Part shown: piece by piece, positions 1-9,870 of the stretch | Layout of the letters: each line of letters opens with the position of its first letter | Position numbering within the stretch: position 1 is the stretch's first letter | Source: a virus | Lineage: Duplodnaviria > Caudoviricetes | DNA: 53,588 nt | Strand: one strand, 5' to 3' | IMG/VR virus record: IMGVR_UViG_3300025120_000071 | Span: 1 to 53,588 of that record | Notes under the pieces: generated by a model | Told to the model about the DNA's origin: nothing | Seen by the model: the letters and a program-made list of their open reading frames with translations, nothing else | Databases searched by the model: none | Translations under genes and position numbers: made by a program

Positions 1-477
1 GGGCGGGCATCCGCCCGCGGGACTCTTGTACACTCTATAGTAGAAAAGTATTTACTCAATGAAAACACTACAGATTATTTGCCGCACATTAGACAAAGCC
101 TCGAAAACTTACGTCCAATTCTGGATAGCAGGGTCGGAACGATCTACGGCCTCGAGGTACCTCTTTATAGTTCTTACCTCGGTGTTGCTGGCCGATGCGA
201 TTGTGTCGCTGAGTTTGACGGTGTTCCATCCATAGTAGATTTTAAGACATCTAAACGTGTAAAGAAAAAAGAATACATTTCAAATTACTTTGCTCAAATG
301 GCAGGTTATGCGGTGATGTGGGAAGAAAGAACTGGCATGCCGATTACTAATACAGTCATTATCATGGATGTGGATGATAATGAACCTTTAGTCTTTAAAG
401 AACACCGTGACAATCATATTGAACTCCTCATTGATACTAAAAAAGAATACGATAGACGAAAATTATTTTCACATTAA
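1..477 (+). CDS. PD-(D/E)XK (RecB/Cas4-like) exonuclease, 5'-truncated by the window
   Basis: Frame is open from base 1 (GRASARGTLVH); motifs E..LYS, AGRCD, IVDFKTS and Q..GYA.M.EE typical of T4-like phage exonucleases. Confidence 0.85.
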   Translation, partial: GRASARGTLVHSIVEKYLLNENTTDYLPHIRQSLENLRPILDSRVGTIYGLEVPLYSSYLGVAGRCDCVAEFDGVPSIVDFKTSKRVKKKEYISNYFAQMAGYAVMWEERTGMPITNTVIIMDVDDNEPLVFKEHRDNHIELLIDTKKEYDRRKLFSH

Positions 478-490
478 ATGCATTTAACGG

Positions 491-527
491 TGTACATTTG
501 CTGAAAACTGTGGTATAATAGATCTAT
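491..527 (+). promoter_or_regulatory. Early sigma70-like promoter
   Basis: TGTACA (491-496), 17 nt, TATAAT (514-519) with extended TG; ATAGATCTAT palindrome over the start site. Confidence 0.8.
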
Positions 528-552
528 AATAAAGAAAGAGGAGAATTTTATT

Positions 553-735
553 ATGGAATACATTACTACACAGGTTCTTAAAATGTCTCAATTAGAAGCA
601 TTCCGGAATGAATATACAGCATTAACAGATGTTGTAAAACCCGGTGCAGATATTCTAGACAGAATTGGTTACCTTGAACAAACACTCGATCTAGTGGATA
701 TGGGTGAAATCCTTATTAACATGAGGAGTAAATAA
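553..735 (+). CDS. Hypothetical early protein
   Basis: GAGGAG RBS, first gene after the promoter, stop overlaps next start. Confidence 0.7.
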   Translation: MEYITTQVLKMSQLEAFRNEYTALTDVVKPGADILDRIGYLEQTLDLVDMGEILINMRSK

Positions 736-1271
736 TGACAGTATATCTCGATATGGACGGAGTCATTGCAGACTTCTTTAGTGGCATCGAATTAAAATAC
801 GGTGTAGATCATTGGAAGTCTATTCAAGATCGTGAAATCAAATTCAAAGAACTTGCTAACACAAACTTCTTTTACACACTTCCAATCTTTAGAGAAGATC
901 GTGGACCTCGGCGAGCAGGTCCTAGTATATCCTGTGAAATCATAAGATTTGTAAAAGAAATATCCAATGGCGATTGGGGAATTTGTTCTTCACCATTACG
1001 TGGTGATACAATGAATTCATCTTATTGGAAACGCAGATGGTTAGAAGATAAAGATTATATGCCACCTTTAGTTGAGAACATGATCTTTACTGGTAACAAA
1101 CATAAGTATGCTTGGAATGCACTAACTCGCAAGCCAAACATTTTAGTTGATGATAAACCTGAAAACATCAAGCGTTGGATAGAAGCTGGAGGTATTGGTA
1201 TTCGCTTTCAAGCAAATGAAGATGATCTAGAAGAATACCTATTTGTAGAACTGGAGAAAGCATGCCAATAA
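735..1271 (+). CDS. HAD-family 5'(3')-deoxyribonucleotidase (NT5C-like)
   Basis: YLDMDGVIADF motif I; K..W; ILVDD motif IV; W..AGGIGI. Confidence 0.85.
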   Translation: MTVYLDMDGVIADFFSGIELKYGVDHWKSIQDREIKFKELANTNFFYTLPIFREDRGPRRAGPSISCEIIRFVKEISNGDWGICSSPLRGDTMNSSYWKRRWLEDKDYMPPLVENMIFTGNKHKYAWNALTRKPNILVDDKPENIKRWIEAGGIGIRFQANEDDLEEYLFVELEKACQ

Positions 1272-1501
1272 GCACAATACTCAATATGCGTACAGAATTT
1301 GAAGATATAACTGAAAATTATAATATGAACGGGCATGCTGGTAGTAGTATAAATAGTCTTAATTGGTTTGTTGAGAATGGACATAAGTCCAACTCACTTC
1401 GTAATGGATTTGATGATGCAATGGAAATAGCAAACAAAATCCTAGCGGAGGCTAATCAATGGCAAAAACTCTCGAAAAAGGATCATTATTCGAGCATTTA
1501 G
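1262..1501 (+). CDS. Hypothetical protein
   Basis: GGAG RBS, coupled ORF of 79 aa. Confidence 0.6.
   Translation: MPISTILNMRTEFEDITENYNMNGHAGSSINSLNWFVENGHKSNSLRNGFDDAMEIANKILAEANQWQKLSKKDHYSSI
1348..1355 (+). promoter_or_regulatory. T4-type late promoter
   Basis: TATAAATA about 100 nt upstream of the 1459 ORF, inside the preceding CDS. Confidence 0.55.
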
Positions 1502-1818
1502 ATGCGGATGGTGATGGCATTATTACAGATAGTGAAATGGCAAGAGCAAAAGAAATAGCAGAGTTTGAACATAAGCAAGCTATGCAACAGAATGAAGATG
1601 CAAAGGAAGATCAAATTAGACGTATGGCGTGGTTTGCACTATGGGGTATGCTTTTATATCCTGTTGGTATTTTTTGTGCAGATATGATTGGTTACGATAC
1701 AACAGGACAATTACTTGCAGATATCGCGCCTACATACTTTGTTGCAATTTCAGCTCTAGTCGGTGCTTTCTTTGGTGCACAAGCGTACCAGAAAACAAAG
1801 AAGAATGGCACTAGTTAA
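1459..1818 (+). CDS. Membrane protein with EF-hand-like loop and two TM helices (holin candidate)
   Basis: GGAGG RBS; DADGDGIITDSE loop; two hydrophobic segments; basic C-terminus. Confidence 0.55.
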   Translation: MAKTLEKGSLFEHLDADGDGIITDSEMARAKEIAEFEHKQAMQQNEDAKEDQIRRMAWFALWGMLLYPVGIFCADMIGYDTTGQLLADIAPTYFVAISALVGAFFGAQAYQKTKKNGTS

Positions 1819-2024
1819 TGTACCAAGCCCTAGTGTGGGTGTGTTTAATGTCAAATCCAGCAGAGTGCATAACTTTAGAAGATCAAAGAGGCCCATACAA
1901 GACTTATGAAAGATGTGAATCCCGTGCTTATGAAATGTCTCGTGCAGTTCATATACATATGAAGGGATACAAACCAAAGAGGTGGTCATGCCGTGGTTTA
2001 GCAAAGGGCCAGCTTACTAAATAA
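1818..2024 (+). CDS. Small Cys-containing hypothetical protein
   Basis: Coupled ORF, hydrophobic N-terminus, 4 Cys. Confidence 0.6.
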   Translation: MYQALVWVCLMSNPAECITLEDQRGPYKTYERCESRAYEMSRAVHIHMKGYKPKRWSCRGLAKGQLTK

Positions 2025-2037
2025 TTGAAAGTATATT

Positions 2038-2802
2038 ATGCGTAATTTAGTCTTCCAATATTATATTCCTTATGAGTCTTTTGATGCTGATATGGGTGGA
2101 GTGAATATGCCTGAATGGGCAAAGGCTGGACAAAGATCTGCTATGGCATATGCTGATGCATGTGGTGCTGAATACATGCTTAGCCACGATAGATATTTTA
2201 CACACCTTGATCCTCGTTTAGATTCTCTGCGATTATTTTATGATTCGCAGTTTGAACAATACGATAATATCTTTTGCTTAGATTTAGATATGCTTATCTC
2301 CAGTAAAGATAATGTATTCATTCGTGACATTCAAGATGTTGCAATGGTACATGAATATGGTGTGCATACCGGTGGACCTGCAGGATGGTTGCGTAATGTA
2401 ATGGATAAGCCTCTACATGAAAGAGGTGTTATTGCATACGGTAAACATTTATTTGGCCAAGACTGGATGTTCCCTAAATCAACTCGTTATCCAGATGAAA
2501 GGTTCCGTTATCTCAATGGAGGCTTTCAATTGTGGAGTAAAGAAGGTCGAGCAAAAGCCAAAGAGCACTTCACTTCTGTAGATGACTATGTCCTTCACAC
2601 TCGATATACAGAACAAATGTATGTCAATCTTCAACTATCACAACCCATTTTTAATGTAACCGAGTTTAGTACAACTTGGAATCGTATGCCATATCAATGG
2701 CGCGGTAAACCTGACGGTAAACTCAATCACTTCTTGGCTCGTACAAAATTTGAAATGCCAAGACTAGAACATACGGAGTTAAGTATATGGCAACCTTCTT
2801 AG
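2038..2802 (+). CDS. GT-A fold glycosyltransferase (GT8/GT34-like)
   Basis: YA...GAEY, LDLD DxD motif, YLNGG, EQ..N, WN, NHF. Confidence 0.75.
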   Translation: MRNLVFQYYIPYESFDADMGGVNMPEWAKAGQRSAMAYADACGAEYMLSHDRYFTHLDPRLDSLRLFYDSQFEQYDNIFCLDLDMLISSKDNVFIRDIQDVAMVHEYGVHTGGPAGWLRNVMDKPLHERGVIAYGKHLFGQDWMFPKSTRYPDERFRYLNGGFQLWSKEGRAKAKEHFTSVDDYVLHTRYTEQMYVNLQLSQPIFNVTEFSTTWNRMPYQWRGKPDGKLNHFLARTKFEMPRLEHTELSIWQPS

Positions 2803-3392
2803 AAATTGCTGGTGAAGCAAGGCGTGGAATTAACTGGGAAATTGTAAATGGTTTCCGTACGGATAAAACCATGGATGCTGAAATATGGGATATGAGAGAT
2901 CTTCCTATGAAAAAACCTGCAGCTTCGTATGATGGAATTTATTCTGAACATTTTATTGAGCATATACATAAGTACCAAGGAATCAATTTCTTTAAGGAAG
3001 CATTTAGATTACTAAAACCTGGCGGAACTCTTCGTACTGTATGGCCTAAGTATGAAATTATTGAATGGCTTGTTGGTCCAGAAGATTTAAGTAATAATAC
3101 TTTTGTAAACCATTACTACCAAGTGTATGTAAAAAAACACAAGTTTCCGGAAGAAGGTAATGAACATAGAAGACCACAAGAGCAAGTTGCATTAGGATTA
3201 TTACATCAAGGTGGTGAGCATAAGTATCTTTGGGGCGAAGCTGAAATGATTGCTACATTAAAAGATCTTGGTTTTTCTAGTGTACAAACTTGGCCGTATG
3301 GTGTTAGTGGTAGAGCAGATTTTAATGGAATTGAAAAGCCTGATGTTATTAGGGCTGCACATTCTGGAGTAGTGGAAGCAACCAAATGGTAA
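2787..3392 (+). CDS. SAM-dependent methyltransferase-like protein (type 11)
   Basis: DGIYSEHFIEH and FRLLKPGGTLRTVWP motifs. Confidence 0.75.
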   Translation: MATFLEIAGEARRGINWEIVNGFRTDKTMDAEIWDMRDLPMKKPAASYDGIYSEHFIEHIHKYQGINFFKEAFRLLKPGGTLRTVWPKYEIIEWLVGPEDLSNNTFVNHYYQVYVKKHKFPEEGNEHRRPQEQVALGLLHQGGEHKYLWGEAEMIATLKDLGFSSVQTWPYGVSGRADFNGIEKPDVIRAAHSGVVEATKW

Positions 3393-3772
3393 CTATAATT
3401 ATCGATTGCACTAAGTCTCATTATAAGTTTCTTGAGTACTGGAATCCGTTGCAACTAAAGCATGCTAAAATAGAGTTTATTTTTAATGAGCATTCAATCT
3501 TATATGCAATAAAAAAAGCAAGCAATAAACATGTATTTGTTACTTCAACAAATTTAATACCGACATATGAAACAATGGTCAAGCTAGAAACATTGCGGGA
3601 AAATACTATGTTAGCTCCGCAAAATCACATTGGTATAAGTACTAACTCAATTACACCTGTTAGCTATGAAAGAGATAAGTGCTTATCGATGGATGAAACC
3701 TTTAGTATGAATTCATATATAGATAAATTCAATCCAGAAATAATTGAAGAAGGAAGTATGTATAGTGTCTAA
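3386..3772 (+). CDS. Hypothetical protein in glycan operon
   Basis: Overlaps both neighbours; no clear motif. Confidence 0.55.
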   Translation: MVTIIIDCTKSHYKFLEYWNPLQLKHAKIEFIFNEHSILYAIKKASNKHVFVTSTNLIPTYETMVKLETLRENTMLAPQNHIGISTNSITPVSYERDKCLSMDETFSMNSYIDKFNPEIIEEGSMYSV

Positions 3773-4430
3773 TATAATTCTACAACATTTTGATGGTGAA
3801 TTGCGAGAACTGGATCATTTATCAATTGAAAACATGAAGCAGTATGCTCATACACACGGTGCTGAATACCAGCTAGTTAGGGGTAAACCATTTAGGGAAC
3901 ATCTGACGGGTGCATGTCAGAAGGTGCATATGTTATCAGATCATTATGATCAATATGATCAGGTGCTTATGGTTGATATTGATATGTTTGCACCGAAAGG
4001 TATGTTTACAAATGTATTCGGAGTTTCTGGTATTGGTCTATATGCTAGCACTCAACAAATGTTACATCGTAAAATAGCAAACACCGCTGGTGGCAGTATG
4101 CTCTATCCTTACTGGGGCGGAGCAATATACAAAATGAATCTTAAAACTCGAATGATTTTAAGAGAACAGCTAGGTGGTGATGAGTCTTGGATGGATAAAT
4201 TTAATGAAGCATATAAGTTTGAGGATGAAGGCATTATGCACATCCTTGCTAAGAAAGCTAACTTTCAACCTGAAGACGCGTATATGCATCAAAAGTGGTG
4301 TCAGTGTTCTTTCTTACCTAATCCCGAAAAAGCTGGATTTATTCATGTGAGAACAAAGATTACACCACAAGGACCTAAGAAAGAAAAGATTGAAAACTAT
4401 TATGATCTTAAAGTAAAAGGTATCTTATGA
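3744..4430 (+). CDS. GT-A fold glycosyltransferase (likely start GTG 3765)
   Basis: MKQYA..HGAEY, VDID DxD motif, DEG, FIH; paralogous to 2038 and 5437. Confidence 0.75.
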   Translation: MKKEVCIVSNIILQHFDGELRELDHLSIENMKQYAHTHGAEYQLVRGKPFREHLTGACQKVHMLSDHYDQYDQVLMVDIDMFAPKGMFTNVFGVSGIGLYASTQQMLHRKIANTAGGSMLYPYWGGAIYKMNLKTRMILREQLGGDESWMDKFNEAYKFEDEGIMHILAKKANFQPEDAYMHQKWCQCSFLPNPEKAGFIHVRTKITPQGPKKEKIENYYDLKVKGIL

Positions 4431-5437
4431 ACATATTAGTTGTAGGTGCCGGTTTTGCCGGTGCTGTAGTTGCACATGAATTGGCCAATGCTGGACATAA
4501 GATTCAAGTCATTGAGAAACGCAACCACATTGCTGGTAATGCATATGACTACACTAACAAGCACGGCATCCGCATTCACAAATATGGACCACATTTATTC
4601 CATACAAACAATAAAAAAGTTTATGACTGGGTTACGCAGTTTGGTGAATGGGTTGAGTATAGACATAAAGTTAAAGCGATGCTAAGCACTGGTCAGTATG
4701 TTACTCTTCCAGTCAATAGTGAAACCAAAGAAATCGTTGGCGAAGAAAATATTATTAGCACGTTCTATGCACCATACACATATAAAATGTGGGGAAAAAC
4801 TATAGAAGAACTCGATCCATCTATTATTAAAAGAGTTGCAATAAGAGATGATGATAACGAAGAGTACTTTCCAAATGACGAGTTTCAGGCTTTACCGAAA
4901 GATGGTTATGAAAAAGTCTTTAAGCAGATTTTAAATCATGAAAACATAACAGTTGAATTAAATAAACCTTTTAAAAAATACATGGAAAGTAAATATGATC
5001 ATGTATTTAATTCAATGGCGATTGATGAGTATTATGATTATGAGTTTGGTGATCTACCATATCGCTCTATCAAATTCCATAATGTAGATCTACCATTGCC
5101 AAAACTATTACCGACCGCTGTAGTTAACTTTACACACGATGGACCATACACTCGAATGACAGAGTGGAAGAACATGCCATCACATGGTATTAACGATGTA
5201 ATGACTTCTGTAACATATGAAGAACCATGTGACTATAAAGATAATAACCATGAGCGATACTATCCAGTTAAAGATATAGATGGTGGTAATAGGGACATAT
5301 ATAATAAGTATAAGAACATAACAAAAGAAAACATGACATTCATAGGAAGATGCGGTATGTACGTATATGTTGATATGCACCAAGCTATAAGTTCTTCTCT
5401 TGCTACAACTGAAAAATTTATTAAGGAAAACACATAA
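4427..5437 (+). CDS. glf: UDP-galactopyranose mutase
   Basis: VVGAGFAG FAD motif, HIAGNAYD, HKYGPHLFHT, LPYRS, TR.TE.K, YYP, GRCGMYVYVDMHQAI. Confidence 0.95.
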   Translation: MNILVVGAGFAGAVVAHELANAGHKIQVIEKRNHIAGNAYDYTNKHGIRIHKYGPHLFHTNNKKVYDWVTQFGEWVEYRHKVKAMLSTGQYVTLPVNSETKEIVGEENIISTFYAPYTYKMWGKTIEELDPSIIKRVAIRDDDNEEYFPNDEFQALPKDGYEKVFKQILNHENITVELNKPFKKYMESKYDHVFNSMAIDEYYDYEFGDLPYRSIKFHNVDLPLPKLLPTAVVNFTHDGPYTRMTEWKNMPSHGINDVMTSVTYEEPCDYKDNNHERYYPVKDIDGGNRDIYNKYKNITKENMTFIGRCGMYVYVDMHQAISSSLATTEKFIKENT

Positions 5438-6315
5438 TGAAAAATATAATTTACCAATACTGGAAAGGCGATTTAAAGCCTGGTGTTAAATATAGCTGTA
5501 AGCTTATGAAAGAATATGCTAAACGTATTGGTGTAGAATATAGATTTGATCATAATAAAACAATTGCCGGTAACGTAGTTAATGTTCCAATCTATTATGA
5601 ACCAGCCAATCCATTAGTGTCTGATGACTTTGATGAGTATGACAATGTTATGCTATGTGATGTTGATGTATTTCCAACTGAAGGATTATCTGATAACATT
5701 TTTGATTTATTAGATGGAGAAGATGCCGGTATTTGTACAGAACCAAAGCAGCCTTACTTTAGAACCATATACGCATCTGGTGGTATTACTAGTGACATTG
5801 ATAAGCGTTGGGCAAAAGTGTGTAAAGATAACTGGGGTGTAGATTATCCTGTCGACAAACTGGATAGACCAGAAGTATTTAATACTGGTGTTGTAGTTAT
5901 CTCTAAAGCTGGTTTAAAGAAGATGAAAACTGAATGGCCAACATTTCAAGAATATGTAAACCAAATGCGTGAATTCCCTAATTTTTATAGACTATTCCAA
6001 GACTATTTTTCAGCGTTTATTCACTTACCTAATTTTAATCTAAAGCGATTACCTAATGAATGGAACTGCTATATGCATAAAGTAGGTTCACATCCAAACG
6101 CAAAGATTGGTGACAATAGACCAGAGAATGCTAAGTTAGTTCATATTATGTTCCGTACAGCAGATGATTGGTCAACTGATATTCTTTGGAGAATTACTAA
6201 TAAACCGGTAGCCGAATGGAATTTACATCTACACAAAGAGTGGCCAAACGAGCCATCGAAAACAGATAATAGTTTACTAGGCCAACTAAAGGATATTTCC
6301 AATGTTAACAGCTGA
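5437..6315 (+). CDS. GT-A fold glycosyltransferase (GT8-like)
   Basis: MKEYA..IGVEY, CDVD, FNTGVVV, QD, EWN, LVH. Confidence 0.78.
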   Translation: MKNIIYQYWKGDLKPGVKYSCKLMKEYAKRIGVEYRFDHNKTIAGNVVNVPIYYEPANPLVSDDFDEYDNVMLCDVDVFPTEGLSDNIFDLLDGEDAGICTEPKQPYFRTIYASGGITSDIDKRWAKVCKDNWGVDYPVDKLDRPEVFNTGVVVISKAGLKKMKTEWPTFQEYVNQMREFPNFYRLFQDYFSAFIHLPNFNLKRLPNEWNCYMHKVGSHPNAKIGDNRPENAKLVHIMFRTADDWSTDILWRITNKPVAEWNLHLHKEWPNEPSKTDNSLLGQLKDISNVNS

Positions 6316-6892
6316 AATAGATCATGTAGAATCAGTTGAAGAATTTTATAAAGAAATTCGTACTCAGCAAGAATTGTTTCATGGTGATCATTATTGCGCA
6401 ATGCATGATGCAATTCAAAAGTTTATGAAAGACTGTAGGTCGTATAAAGAACTTGGTACACACCAAGGTGCTAGTGCTGCAGCTGCAATGTTAGGTGAAC
6501 ATAAGCCAAAGTATATGGAATTAATTGATATTGATCATGTTAAATATCGTAAAAATCTTAAGAGATTAGCAGAACCATATTGTAAAGAACACGGCATTGA
6601 ACTTGTAGTACGTGAAGCAGATTCTGGTGGTCTTGGTTCTATGTCCAATAAAGCAGTGGATATGCTTATGATTGATTCAATTCATAAGAGACCACATATG
6701 GAAAAAGAATTACAGATTCACGGGCAAATGGTTACTAAATATATCGTAGCCCACGATACTAGTAAAGCACAATCAAGTAATTTAATTGAGCTTTACGAAT
6801 GTTTAGTTAATTTTTGTATAGACAATCCATCTTGGAAAGTCTTAGAACGAGGTGTTGAAAACGTTGGATACACCGTATTGAAAAGGAGTTAA
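6302..6892 (+). CDS. Class I SAM methyltransferase (Methyltransf_24-like)
   Basis: ELGT.QG.S, DMLMIDSIH, YIVAHDT. Confidence 0.8.
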   Translation: MLTAEIDHVESVEEFYKEIRTQQELFHGDHYCAMHDAIQKFMKDCRSYKELGTHQGASAAAAMLGEHKPKYMELIDIDHVKYRKNLKRLAEPYCKEHGIELVVREADSGGLGSMSNKAVDMLMIDSIHKRPHMEKELQIHGQMVTKYIVAHDTSKAQSSNLIELYECLVNFCIDNPSWKVLERGVENVGYTVLKRS

Positions 6893-6895
6893 ATA

Positions 6896-7132
6896 ATGGA
6901 AGCACTACTTATTATCGCAGCATTAGCAGCCGGAGCACATTATCTTCAAGATGATGATGTGCCTAATAGCGCAATTCACAGTTCACAGACTACAAAAAAT
7001 ATTTCAACTTTTAAAGCAGATATCAATCATGAATTAAGCTTAGCCCAGATTGATTGGAGCAAAGCTGGCAACTTTAAAGTTGGTGATTCACCTGAAACTG
7101 GTGTGCAGTGGGTATTTTTAACAGGTAAGTAA
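6896..7132 (+). CDS. Small secreted or membrane-anchored hypothetical protein
   Basis: AGGAG RBS; hydrophobic N-terminus. Confidence 0.6.
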   Translation: MEALLIIAALAAGAHYLQDDDVPNSAIHSSQTTKNISTFKADINHELSLAQIDWSKAGNFKVGDSPETGVQWVFLTGK

Positions 7133-7133
7133 A

Positions 7134-7829
7134 ATGCAAGCGTATGCAATCGTAATTAAAGATCACGAAGTATCTGAGACTGGTTATAACAATCTAAAAG
7201 TTTCTTCTGAAAAATTTAAAAATTCTTTTAAGATTAGAAGGTTCGATGCTATTTTACCTAAAATGGCAAGAACCGTTATGTCTGGTAATGGTCTTAAATG
7301 GAAGTATCCTTGGGAAGGGAAAGAAACAGATTTGAAAACCGGTTTGATTAAATCGGCATATCAAACTGCGAATAAGAATACAAGGATTGCGTGTGCATTA
7401 AGTCACTGGTTATTATGGCATAAATGTTTAACAGAAGATACACCTCTTCTTATACTAGAACACGATGCGTTGTTTATTGAAAAGCTAGAACATAGTTCAA
7501 TACTAAAAAGCAAATTTGATATTATAGGAATTAATAGTCCAGCGGCCGCAACACGAAAAGCTCATGAATTTCACGACAAAGTTCAAGCTGGTAGATCATT
7601 GATCCAACCGGTTCCTACAGTTGATGAATTTAATGTGCCACAAGGATTGGCTGGAAATAGCGCATATATAATTAAACCAGCTGGAGCAAAGTCTATATTA
7701 GATGCTGCTCGAGAACATGGCCTTTGGCCAAATGACGCATTAATGTGTAAGCAGATTATTTCAAACCTAGGTGTGACTAAGACTTATTATACTCGAGTTC
7801 AAGGTCTACCATCAACAACGGTGAGTTAA
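7134..7829 (+). CDS. Glycosyltransferase family 25-like
   Basis: RFDAI, ACALSH..LW, LILEHDA, AYII.P.GAK, PND. Confidence 0.85.
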   Translation: MQAYAIVIKDHEVSETGYNNLKVSSEKFKNSFKIRRFDAILPKMARTVMSGNGLKWKYPWEGKETDLKTGLIKSAYQTANKNTRIACALSHWLLWHKCLTEDTPLLILEHDALFIEKLEHSSILKSKFDIIGINSPAAATRKAHEFHDKVQAGRSLIQPVPTVDEFNVPQGLAGNSAYIIKPAGAKSILDAAREHGLWPNDALMCKQIISNLGVTKTYYTRVQGLPSTTVS

Positions 7830-8480
7830 ATGAGAGCATTTGTAATAACAATTGAAGATAATGAAAGATCAGTGAAATATGCTCAACGATGTATTGAATC
7901 AGGTAAAAAACACGGGCTTGAAATAAAACAATTTAATGCGTTTACTCCTAAAGATAATCCTGAAAAATTTTTAAAGTCTCGTGGAATTAACCCAAATAGA
8001 TTTAAAGAAAAATATTCAAGACCAGAAAATTGTATGTCTGCTTTTATTTCTCACTATTCATGCTGGGAAATATCTCGAGACATGAATGAAAAAGTAGTTA
8101 TATTTGAACATGATGCTCTTATAACTGGACAAGTTCCAGTTGATGTTGAGTTTGATAAAGTCATGACATTTTCTAAACCTTCTTATGGAAAATACAATAC
8201 TCCACTTAAACTTGGTGTAGATGGACTAATTCAAAAACAATACTTTGGTGGTGCTCATGGTTACATCGTTAAACCAGAAGGCGCTAAAGAATTAGTTAGC
8301 AAAGCGGTGTCGCACGCAGGACCTACGGATATATACCTCAATACGCAAAATTTCCCTTGGTTGCAAGAATACTATCCGTGGGTCTGCATGGCTGCTGATT
8401 CATTTTCCACAATACAAAATGAAACCGGTTGTTTAGCTAAACATAATTATAAAATAGGATATAAGATAATCGATGCCTAA
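7830..8480 (+). CDS. Glycosyltransferase family 25-like (tandem paralog)
   Basis: FNAF, F.SHY..W, IFEHDA, GAHGYIV.P.GAK, PTD. Confidence 0.85.
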   Translation: MRAFVITIEDNERSVKYAQRCIESGKKHGLEIKQFNAFTPKDNPEKFLKSRGINPNRFKEKYSRPENCMSAFISHYSCWEISRDMNEKVVIFEHDALITGQVPVDVEFDKVMTFSKPSYGKYNTPLKLGVDGLIQKQYFGGAHGYIVKPEGAKELVSKAVSHAGPTDIYLNTQNFPWLQEYYPWVCMAADSFSTIQNETGCLAKHNYKIGYKIIDA

Positions 8481-9153
8481 AATGCCAGATAATTTATTCC
8501 TAACAGGATGTGATGAAAAAACTGAATGGCAGCTGCCATGGTTTTTAGAAAACTATTTTAAACATAACAATACGCCTATTGCAATTGGCAATTTCGGTAT
8601 GTCTGATGAGATGTTACGTTGGTGTGAAACTAAAAGCCATGCTTTTTGCTTAATGCATCATGATCAAGTTGGTCAGTTTGAAAAAGCTTGGTTCTTGAAA
8701 CCAGCTGCAATGTTAAAAGCACCGGGTAAAAAAGTAGTATGGCTTGACACGGATTGCCAAGTAATGTCAAATTTAGATCATATCTTTCGAATCCTTGTAC
8801 CAAATAAACTTAATATGGTAATGGATAGGCCTTGGCTTAAGCGTAGGAAAGAAGAGTGGTTTAATTCAGGTGTTGTAGGATTTATCGGTAAGCCAGAAAT
8901 TCTACATAAATGGGCTAAGCAAGTTGAAGATACACCTAACGTTGGTGATCAAGAAGTATTACACTCAATGCTTGATCCTCTTAATAGACAGATATATATT
9001 CATGAGTTACCGAATAAATGGAATTGGCTAAGGCTACAAATTGAACATGATAATGAAGATTCAAATGATAAGAAAATTATGCATTGGACTGGTGCTAAAG
9101 GTAATGATAGGATTAAAGGGTTGATGAAGATTAAGGAGACTATTCGTGCCTAG
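8473..9153 (+). CDS. Nucleotide-diphospho-sugar transferase (GT8/GT77-like)
   Basis: WFLKP, WLDTD, FNSGVV, GDQE, WN, IMHWTG. Confidence 0.8.
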   Translation: MPKMPDNLFLTGCDEKTEWQLPWFLENYFKHNNTPIAIGNFGMSDEMLRWCETKSHAFCLMHHDQVGQFEKAWFLKPAAMLKAPGKKVVWLDTDCQVMSNLDHIFRILVPNKLNMVMDRPWLKRRKEEWFNSGVVGFIGKPEILHKWAKQVEDTPNVGDQEVLHSMLDPLNRQIYIHELPNKWNWLRLQIEHDNEDSNDKKIMHWTGAKGNDRIKGLMKIKETIRA

Positions 9154-9814
9154 AACAGTACATATTATTGGCAATGGCGATTCAGCAGCACTGTATCATG
9201 AAGAAACACGTAAAGGTTTAAAGCTTACATGCAACTTACCACCATTTGCTGTGGAGGATGCATATGCTACGTGCATGGTTGACTTTAAGATGATGCACAC
9301 TATTAATACCGGTGTGATTGATGTTCCTGGTGAATGGATTCTCGGTGCTCGTCCTAAGTTGTATATGGAAAAACATCCAATCTATTACACTAAACGTGCT
9401 CCACAAATTAAACAATTTTATACTAAACTTCCAAAGTATGCTGCAAACTACACAGACTTTAATTGTGGCCATATGGCAACATACTTTTCACTGGAGCATC
9501 TTAAAGCTGAAGTGATCCATATGTATGGATTTGATTCTATCTTTGATTTTAATTTAAGATCAAGTACAGATTTTTATATTACTTCTGATAGAGGCAATAT
9601 GAATAATAATCGGTTGACTAATAACTGGCGGCCACTATTCAATAGCATGTTTAAAGATTTTAAAGATACAAAAATAAACTTGCATCACTTCCATAGTCTA
9701 TTGAAGTTTGACGTACCATCTAATGTAGAGGTTCATAGTTATAAAAAACGTGGAGAGATTGTAGATGCTGGCAAAGGAAACGGTCAAATAAAAACTATAG
9801 ACTTAAGAGATTAA
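9146..9814 (+). CDS. GT29/Maf-like (sialyltransferase-fold) transferase
   Basis: VHIIGNGDS, CN, VD, NCGH.A, IHMYGFD. Confidence 0.55.
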   Translation: MPRTVHIIGNGDSAALYHEETRKGLKLTCNLPPFAVEDAYATCMVDFKMMHTINTGVIDVPGEWILGARPKLYMEKHPIYYTKRAPQIKQFYTKLPKYAANYTDFNCGHMATYFSLEHLKAEVIHMYGFDSIFDFNLRSSTDFYITSDRGNMNNNRLTNNWRPLFNSMFKDFKDTKINLHHFHSLLKFDVPSNVEVHSYKKRGEIVDAGKGNGQIKTIDLRD

Positions 9815-9817
9815 CTA

Positions 9818-9854
9818 TGTACATTTACTCTTAATTGTGGTATAATAGATCTAT
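9818..9854 (+). promoter_or_regulatory. Early promoter
   Basis: TGTACA (9818-9823), 17 nt, TATAAT (9841-9846), ATAGATCTAT palindrome. Confidence 0.8.
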
Positions 9855-9870
9855 AATTAAAGAGGACACT

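Noticed and set aside
3-18. GC-rich inverted repeat GCGGGC/GCCCGC
   Set aside because: Lies within codons for RASAR in the exonuclease and has no U-tract
1-477. Cas4-like nuclease as a sign of CRISPR
   Set aside because: No repeat-spacer array or other cas genes seen, and it lacks the Cas4 Fe-S cysteine cluster; it is a common solo phage exonuclease
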